A stretch of 64,000 nucleotides of DNA, taken from the NCBI GenBank assembly GCA_964016885.1, contig OZ024741.1, forward strand, positions 28,892,001 through 28,956,000, written 5' to 3'. This DNA is from Eledone cirrhosa (Eukaryota). Position 1 is the first letter of the stretch, and every line of letters starts with the position of its first letter. Under the pieces are notes generated by a model. It was not told the origin of the DNA, made no database searches, and worked only from the letters and a program-made list of their open reading frames with translations. Shown here piece by piece: positions 54,235 through 64,000 of this stretch. The position numbers and the translations under genes are program-made.

Positions 54235-54854
54235 TATTCATTTTATTAAGGCTCATTAATAAGCCTTGTTACTCTGGAGTTTCGCCTGTTTATATAGAAA
54301 CAGGCGAAACTCTAGAATAACAAAAGTTCCTTATGTGAGTGTGTGTGCGCGTGTATGTGAGAGGAAGAACGAGGTTCCATTTTCAGGAAAAGGTGTGTGC
54401 GTGCGTGTGGCAGGAAGGGGTCAGGGGGTGGGGGAGGGGGCGTGTGGATTCCGGAGGTTGAATGTGTTTATGTGGGGGTACGCACGTGTGTGTTTGTGTT
54501 TATATGTGATGTGGATGTGGGTGGCGTGGTGTGAAAAGAAATGTGAGTGTATGTTCGTAGTAATTTCCTGAGGTAGTTCCATCGAGTGTGAGAAGGGATG
54601 CTGGATATTTTTCATGTTATGGAGTGGATGGCTGGAGAGATGCCGGGTGGTGTAGAATCCAATAAATATATATATATATATGTTGTTGATGGCTGAGAGA
54701 AAGGTGTATTCAATACTGAGGTAGAGTTTTAATATTAATCTATATTAAATTACTCTGGAGTTTCGCCTGTTTATCACAGTCTGATGACCATGTGATAAAC
54801 AGGTGAAACTTCAGAGTAACAAGACTCATTATTTAACCTTAATAATATGAATAT
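54235..54854. mobile_element. About 620-bp non-coding element with roughly 57-bp imperfect terminal inverted repeats made of hammerhead-like sequence, each end folded back
   Basis: 54235-54293 is the imperfect reverse complement of 54795-54854; local hairpins lie at 54266-54323 and 54750-54819. Confidence 0.6.
54779..54822 (+). ncRNA. Hammerhead ribozyme motif
   Basis: GT-CTGATGA-CC(A)TGT-GATAA-ACAGG-T-GAAA-CTTCAGAG-TA-AC; stem I is truncated by the fold-back. Confidence 0.55.
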
Positions 54855-55078
54855 ATATATATTGTTTAAATATTAAATAATTTAGAGTGTGGCGTTTCAT
54901 CGCAATAGTCAATTACTCTAAGAGCAAGGAAATTAAGCACTCCACGTCACCTGTATTATTCTATAGAGGATGTGAATCTTTACAATTTGGTACATGACGG
55001 AGTGATGATATATGAATAATTACGAAAACAGAATGCTATGCTTTCATATTGCAATGAATTACACAAACATACGCGCGC

Positions 55079-55192
<114 letters not shown>

Positions 55193-55786
55193 GTGTGTGT
55201 ATGTATGTAAAAAGTAAACAGAAATAACAAAGCAAACAACACAGTATATTGAAGAAATATATTAATTTAACGCTTGAAATAACAGGAAAAGGGTCTTAAC
55301 GTTTCGGACACTAGTTCTGAAAGAACTAGTTCGACAGAACGAAAAAAGATGAGAAAAAAAAACAAACTACACGTGGTGCGTATTTTATGGATGTGCATGT
55401 TCATTTGGGAATTATGGTAAAATTTAAGTTATCTACAATTAGATACATTTTCATCTGTAGTAGACAAATATTGAATAATATATTCATACATTGTACTTGT
55501 TTAATAGATTATTACCAGAGTGATAAAAAAAAAAAAAAAAAATGAAATCGTAAACCTAGATTTTATTCTTTTGATCAAGATAATAAAATTAACTGTTCTG
55601 TACATTGGCTACGTTAATACTTAATAATATGTTCGCAATAATCTATAATATTTATATTTGATATTCCCATAATATTTAATATATTTCCCAATACACCATC
55701 TTAATAATTTTGTTCCATCTTTCTCTCACTTTAAACTCAGCTTTATAAACTTTTATCAGTGGCTTTTCACGTCGGTATGTATGTAT

Positions 55787-56000
55787 GAAGGCGTGTGGCT
55801 GAGTGGTTAGAGAATTTGATTCGCAATCGTGAGTTTGTGATTTCGATTCCCAGACCGGGCGATGCGTTATGTCCTTGAGCAAAGACATTTTATTTCACGT
55901 TGCTCCTTCTACCTGGAGTTACGACCGATGGATAATATTAGCAATTGAAAAAACCAATGGAAACATTGTTTCCTCGGTCCGATTTGACGATAGTCGATCG
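55787..56000 (+). mobile_element. SINE family B
   Basis: Collinear with 53118-53330. Confidence 0.85.
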
Positions 56001-56017
56001 TTCCTTCTATATATGTG

Positions 56018-56312
56018 TGCGAGGCTCAGTGGTTAGAGGTTTAGGCTTGGAATCATGAGGTTGTGAGTTCGATTCTCAGACCGGGTGATTCGTTGTGTCC
56101 TTGAGCAAGACACTTTATTTTGACGTTGCTCCAGTGTACGACGTCACTCGTTCCAAGCTTTATCGGTTATTGCTTTTCCCTTGGACAACATCGGTGATGT
56201 GGAGAGGGGAGACCGGTATGCATGGGCGACTGCTGGTCTTTCACAAACAACCCTGGCCGGACTTGTACCCCGGAGGAGAACTCTCTAGGTGTAAATCTCA
56301 TCATGGTCATTT
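56018..56312 (+). mobile_element. Related CORE-like SINE with a different 3' half
   Basis: Same tRNA head and TGTCCTTGAGCAAGACACTTTATTT core; diverges after GTTGCTCC. Confidence 0.7.
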
Positions 56313-56934
56313 ATTCACAATTGTACCAGATATATTGTTAATACAACGTAGTATGGAGGAAGAATGAAATAACTATCATGTAGCTAACAAATGTTAGTGT
56401 GGATTGTCAACATTAAGGTGGCTGTGGTGGTTCTGTCTGTAGAGGCTGTATATCCGGACCCTAAATTTTCCACGATGAAAAGCAATTACCTTCTTCAGAT
56501 CTAAGCAGCCCTTAAATGTATATATAAAATATATATATATACACACACACTCACACATCAATATATGTATTTGTGTGTGTGTGTGTGTTTACCTCAATAA
56601 ATGTAATTCTTTTTATTATATATATATAAGCCCTCGGTGGTTTGATTCTATAATTTATTTGTGGCGAAATATGCTTACAGCATATCCAGGTGTTATAGTT
56701 ATAAAAGAAGGGTTTATACATTTTAATTTATCCTTTTAATTTTTATGTATTCTCCATTCTGTTCGTAGATAATATGATTTTCACTCTGATGGCATTATAT
56801 CCCTATAATTGAACACATGTTTCTTTGTGTATTTTTCTATATATACTGTCTTATAAAGAGCCAGGTATTTAATCTTTGAACTCATTAAATTATAGGCGAT
56901 TATTATGAGTCTTTAACTCAGTTTTTTTAATTTG

Positions 56935-56937
56935 ATA

Positions 56938-57026
<89 letters not shown>
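56935..57026. repeat. (TA)n microsatellite
   Basis: Visible directly. Confidence 0.95.
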
Positions 57027-57028
<2 letters not shown>

Positions 57029-57143
57029 TAATACCTAATTTTTGCTGGACCGGCAATCGCTCTGTATAATCAGCTCCTGATTATTACTGGATTTCTATAA
57101 GAATCCAGCTTCAATAATTTTCGGTGAAAGCAGTGGAGTACGT

Positions 57144-57185
57144 GGCTCAGATGAACGCCAACCAGCGTGAAACAGACTGTCAGCT
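57144..57185 (+). ncRNA. Hammerhead ribozyme motif with one core substitution
   Basis: GGCT-CAGATGA-ACGC-CAACCA-GCGT-GAAA-CAGACTG-TC-AGCT; all three stems pair, but CUGAUGA reads CAGAUGA. Confidence 0.7.
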
Positions 57186-57349
57186 TCTCTCCCTTCTTTC
57201 ACCGAAAAGAAGTAAGTGACATAGTCACTACTTTAAAACTGATACCGTATGGTCTTCTAAATGTTTTTTTTAAATAAATATACGGTAAATTGCCAAATAT
57301 ACTATACATACATGTATACATCGCTATTCCAGAGCAACTATTCTAATAC

Positions 57350-57399
<50 letters not shown>

Positions 57400-58554
57400 T
57401 CCAGAAATAGCCGCTGAAACGGCTTGAGCTCTGCCGCCGGGGTCATACTTTTTCCTCTCTCTCTCTATATATATAAACATTTGCATACATATACGTCCTT
57501 AGATTTGAAAATATTTGCGTACTTTGTGGGGTTTAATGGTTATTTCCCTTTGAAGTAGAACTCTTCTGCTTCTTCAAACTTAGCTCGCTGTTCCTTCGAC
57601 TGCTGGAAGCACTTCTCGAATGTTTCTTCTGGAGTTGCTCTCAATTCAGTTGAATGCTCATTTGGCTCTCAAAGCGAGGACCTTTCAGTGCCATCTTCTT
57701 TTTGTGAACAGCCAGAAGGAGATTTGCACATACATATATACAAAACCTTACATATAAACATAAAAGCTGATATATATCTAATAGCCCACGGAAGTTTTTT
57801 TTTAAAATATATATACACATTTACTTGAAAACGTGACTAACAACTACAGATTGCAGTTCTCTAAGCATTGTTACCTCACGAAACCATTGCTTGCAAATGG
57901 CATAGCGTGTATATGAATTATTTAAAATACAAACTTAGCTCCATTTTTTTCTTGTCGACATTTTCATTACACACACACACACACACACAGAGGCATACGC
58001 ACACACACATATATATGAAGAGATAGGACAGACACACCAACATTGTCTCTTACATATATAAACATCTGCTCATATTCGTACATATAGGTTATATGCACGC
58101 AAATAGAATACGTCAAACAACAACAACCTACACCAGAAATAAAGCACATATACACACTTTCACATATAATGTCGTAGATGTACCAAACATTTGCACATAC
58201 CCAAATTCGAATTATATAAGTTATTTATTCTTATTTTGACAATCAGAAATTAAAATCCTAAAATGGCGGTGCAGCAACCGGAAATAACAAAGAAAATGAG
58301 TCTCACCGAAGTTACAATATTGTAGACAATGTTTTTAATACAACACATCTCTAACAAAAGATATGTGTACTTGTTTATTACCTCCCTTCTCACTACACAC
58401 ATATATATATGTAGGTATGTAATGTATTATGTATGCATGTATATATGAATATACATTCATATACGCGTGCATACACACACAAATGAACATTCGCAAACGC
58501 ACATTCACACACAAAAACATATACACGCACACACACATGTATACACACCCCCAC

Positions 58555-58607
58555 ATATATATAAATATATATATATATATAATATGTATATATATATATA
58601 TAATATG

Positions 58608-58638
<31 letters not shown>

Positions 58639-58726
58639 TTTATATAATATATATAATATATATTTATATAATATATATGTATATATATATATAATATATA
58701 TTTATATAATATATATAATATATATT

Positions 58727-58780
<54 letters not shown>

Positions 58781-58854
58781 TTTATATAATATATATAATA
58801 TATATTTATATAATATATATAATATATATTTATATAATATATATATATATATGT

Positions 58855-58889
<35 letters not shown>

Positions 58890-59117
58890 TTGAAGTACTC
58901 AACTTATATAGTATACTGTTGTGTATGTGGTTATTGTCCTTTGCTTAAAAGTTTCGCCAGAAATACTTCAAATGGACAGACAGAAATTAAATAATAACCA
59001 CAAGGATATTCCAAATTGTTATATTTGTGAGACTTTTACAATAGCTCTCTCTCTCTCTCTCTCTATCTCTTCCGCCTCTCTCTGTCTCTTTCTCTCTCTC
59101 TCTCTCTCTCTTACTCG

Positions 59118-59149
<32 letters not shown>

Positions 59150-59156
59150 GTATATG

Positions 59157-59220
<64 letters not shown>

Positions 59221-59418
59221 TATATATATACATACACTCACACACACACAAACATATATATATATATAAATCAATATATATATAATGTATACACCCACAA
59301 ACACATATACGTTATATATATGTATACACATATACATATATATATATATATATATGAGAGACGTAAAATAAGAAAATTATAAAATTAACTTACTAAAATA
59401 TCACTTCCAACTAACCTC

Positions 59419-59487
<69 letters not shown>
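58555..59487. repeat. Cluster of (TA)n, (CT)n and (CA)n microsatellites with AT-rich minisatellite units
   Basis: Visible directly; interrupted by short unique stretches. Confidence 0.9.
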
Positions 59488-59490
<3 letters not shown>

Positions 59491-59511
59491 GAGGTTATAT
59501 TTAATTTGTTG

Positions 59512-59621
59512 AGTTCAAATCCCACCGAGGTTGACTTTGCCTTTCATCCTTACGGGGTCGATAAAATAAAGTACCAGTAATGCACTGGATAATTGCTGGC
59601 CTTGTGCCTAAAGTAGAAACA
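59512..59621 (+). mobile_element. 5'-truncated SINE family A with an 18-bp TSD
   Basis: GTTATATTTAATTTGTTG at 59494-59511 and 59622-59639; an empty-site paralogue is at 61561-61629. Confidence 0.9.
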
Positions 59622-59718
59622 GTTATATTTAATTTGTTGGGATACAACAAGCAAAATATTTTTATAACTGATATAAAGCATTCAACAAATTATTGGAGTA
59701 AATATACATGGAGTAAAT

Positions 59719-59784
59719 ATCATTGTATGGATCTGTCTGGTTCTGGACCCGCAGGTCCAGAATCTGACAGATCCATACAATGAT
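59719..59784. repeat. Palindrome with 31-bp arms (2 mismatches, loop CGCA)
   Basis: ATCATTGTATGGATCTGTCTGGTTCTGGACC / GGTCCAGAATCTGACAGATCCATACAATGAT. Confidence 0.88.
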
Positions 59785-59959
59785 CATGTCTCGAGCTGTC
59801 CGCCGGCGAAACAATTGTAACACACAATAAATTGAGTTCAGATGCATCACTGATTTTCGTTTTCTATTATATCATACTCTGCTCTGTAAGAGCATAGAGC
59901 GCTCAACCGGCATACCGCCTATGGAAGCATCTTAGCTACCATCAAACACACACGCAAAC

Positions 59960-59990
<31 letters not shown>

Positions 59991-60056
59991 ATATATATAT
60001 ATTTTACACACACTTAGACAATACACACACTTAGACAATACACACACTTAGACAAT

Positions 60057-60099
<43 letters not shown>

Positions 60100-60653
60100 T
60101 GTATGTGTGTGTGTGTGTGTATTGTCTGAGTGTGTGTAAAATGTAAGCGTAGACGTCTTGCTACAAATGCTTCATGAAAACGCAACAGATCATTGTTACA
60201 AAAACAACAACAGGCATGCTTGGTAAAGGTTGTGGAATTGTAAGGAAATATAGAAATGGTGTAGGCGAGATGTCTTGATGTTAAAATCGGCAAATATCTT
60301 CAAGAGGTTCGACGGCAGCTCTTAAATTGCTTTTAGCAGTTATAGTTAAAACTGTTCCATTGCCACAGTAAACTTATTGCAAATCGAAGTCATTAAGCTG
60401 GACAGAACAACAAATATCCGCTTTTGAAGTAAATCTACCGCCATTGAAAGACAAGTTATATGAGAATATACGGAAAAGGCTAACCAATAATCGACCTCTA
60501 CGTCAATAAACTATATTGAAAGACGACCAATGAAACTTGAAATAACACAGGCCCAGTAATTGCCTAATTATGTTATTTTAAAAACTTTTCATCCGTCCTA
60601 CTCACATTCACTCTACTCTTGTATTTTCATTTACTGTTTCACTCATCATGTGT

Positions 60654-61560
<907 letters not shown>

Positions 61561-61650
61561 AGGTTATATTTAATTTGTTGGGATTCAACAAGCTTAAACA
61601 TTTTTATAACTGATATAAAGCACTCAACATAAGTGGATAAATACACAATC

Positions 61651-62004
61651 TATTAATAAATGGAAACTATATTTATAAAACCATATTTATTTTATTATAT
61701 ATATTTCAAGTGCAACCAAAGCAAATTATGGTGCGCCTTCATCAGATAAAATACAGATTTATTTTATAAATAAATATTGACATACCCGGAAAAAAAGACA
61801 ACCTTAACGGTTGGAGCTTCCTGTGACTATCCAGGAAGCTCCAACCGTTAAGGTTGTCTTTTTTTCCGGGTATGTCAATATTTATTTATAAAATAAATCT
61901 GTATTTTATCTGATGAAGGCGCACCATAATTTGCTTTGGTTGCACTTGAAATATATATAATAAAATAAATATGGTTTTATAAATATAGTTTCCATTTATT
62001 AATA
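61651..62004. mobile_element. Palindrome with 173-bp arms formed from the Penelope pLTR, one hammerhead per arm
   Basis: Arms 61651-61823 and 61832-62004 with loop TGACTATC; the sequence matches the pLTR at 48115-48280. Hammerheads at 61902-61967 (+) and 61688-61753 (-). Confidence 0.92.
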
Positions 62005-62006
62005 TA

Positions 62007-63757
<1,751 letters not shown>

Positions 63758-64000
63758 TTTTTTATGTGCATTTTATGTGCATATGGTTACATACGTGTCC
63801 ACACATTAATTTATACATACAAACATGTTTACATATATACATACATACAAACATAATTACATACATACACTCATACATACACTCATACATACATACGTAC
63901 ACACATCCATACATACACACATACATAAATACAAACATACATACATATAAACATGCTTACATACATACATAGTGGCTGACAACTCGTTTTCGAGTACCGC

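Noticed and set aside
56400-56900. Additional hammerheads at CTGAAGA (minus strand, near 56495) and CTGATGG (near 56787)
   Set aside because: No properly placed GAAA/stem III could be identified.

Overview
Eukaryotic, repeat-rich genomic DNA, most likely from an octopod cephalopod (inferred from the SINE families and the microsatellite load; not verified by search). No intact host gene is supported. Positions 1-39897 are a 77-bp tandem satellite (about 516-518 monomers) with shifting multi-kb higher-order duplications; the hundreds of short ORFs there are artefacts of the repeat. The main result: the monomer translates to a CCHC zinc knuckle (DVSPLCLLCGGAVITVAHIVSEC). The last monomer runs in frame into CPKLVQNEYKKGRHDN and, after a SINE bounded by a 13-bp target-site duplication (TSD), continues into the decayed restriction-like endonuclease (RLE) of an R4/Dong/NeSL-type retrotransposon. 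The satellite therefore appears to have been amplified from 77 nt of that element and is still joined to its donor. The remaining 24 kb holds decayed retroelements: a second R4/Dong-like LINE, a Penelope-like element (RT + GIY-YIG), RTE and Tx1-like fragments, two tRNA-SINE families and many microsatellites. It also holds several minimal hammerhead ribozyme motifs, and fold-back palindromes recur in or next to hammerhead sequence. All family names come from motif recognition, not database hits.
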